Source: Ascidiella aspersa (lineage: Eukaryota). From it: 64,000 nucleotides of DNA. The stretch is taken from positions 32,984,001-33,048,000 of the forward strand of contig OZ004607.1 of the NCBI GenBank assembly GCA_963924565.1, in the 5' to 3' direction. Of this stretch, positions 63,859 to 64,000 are shown one piece after another. Position 1 is the first letter of the stretch. The number at the start of each line of letters is the position of its first letter. A model generated the notes under the pieces. The model saw only the letters and a program-made list of their open reading frames with translations. It searched no databases and was not told the DNA's origin. Position numbers and translations under genes: made by a program.

Positions 63859-64000
63859 CTATAGATACTGCTCTTTCAAATTCAGTGAAAATCTTTTTTG
63901 CTAGCTAACATTAGTTTCGCAAGACGACTGAAAACGTTCAGTTAAAAAATGTGTAACAATTTTAAGTAGCATTGTTAGAGGGTGAAATTGCAAACAAAGG

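Overview
AT-rich, intron-containing eukaryotic DNA from an animal. A Gla-EGF gene with clotting-factor-type exon structure, compact introns and abundant hAT MITEs suggest an invertebrate chordate such as an ascidian (inference). Most of the window is a tandem triplication of one gene block: arylamine N-acetyltransferase (NAT, minus strand), head-to-head with an intronless gene for a signal-peptide, amphipathic-repeat protein ending in KDEL (+), then a 13-exon secreted Gla-EGF gene (+), then cyclophilin B (+). Copy A (~1-20900) has NAT exons 1-2 (rest outside the window), the KDEL gene and the Gla-EGF gene. Copy B (~21086-36980) lacks NAT, keeps the KDEL and Gla-EGF genes, and ends in a cyclophilin pseudogene followed by an inverted NAT fragment. 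Copy C (~37900-61273) has a complete 4-exon NAT, the KDEL gene, the Gla-EGF gene and an intact 5-exon PPIB-like gene. The terminal exon of a second NAT paralog follows. All three KDEL genes and all three Gla-EGF genes are intact by manual splicing. Main points of interest: an unrecognised ER-luminal helical-repeat protein with variable repeat number, amino-acid divergence concentrated in the Gla exon, and a protease-less, TM-less Gla-EGF architecture that keeps the factor IX-type 25-nt micro-exon. Exon coordinates were derived by eye from GT/AG sites and frame continuity.
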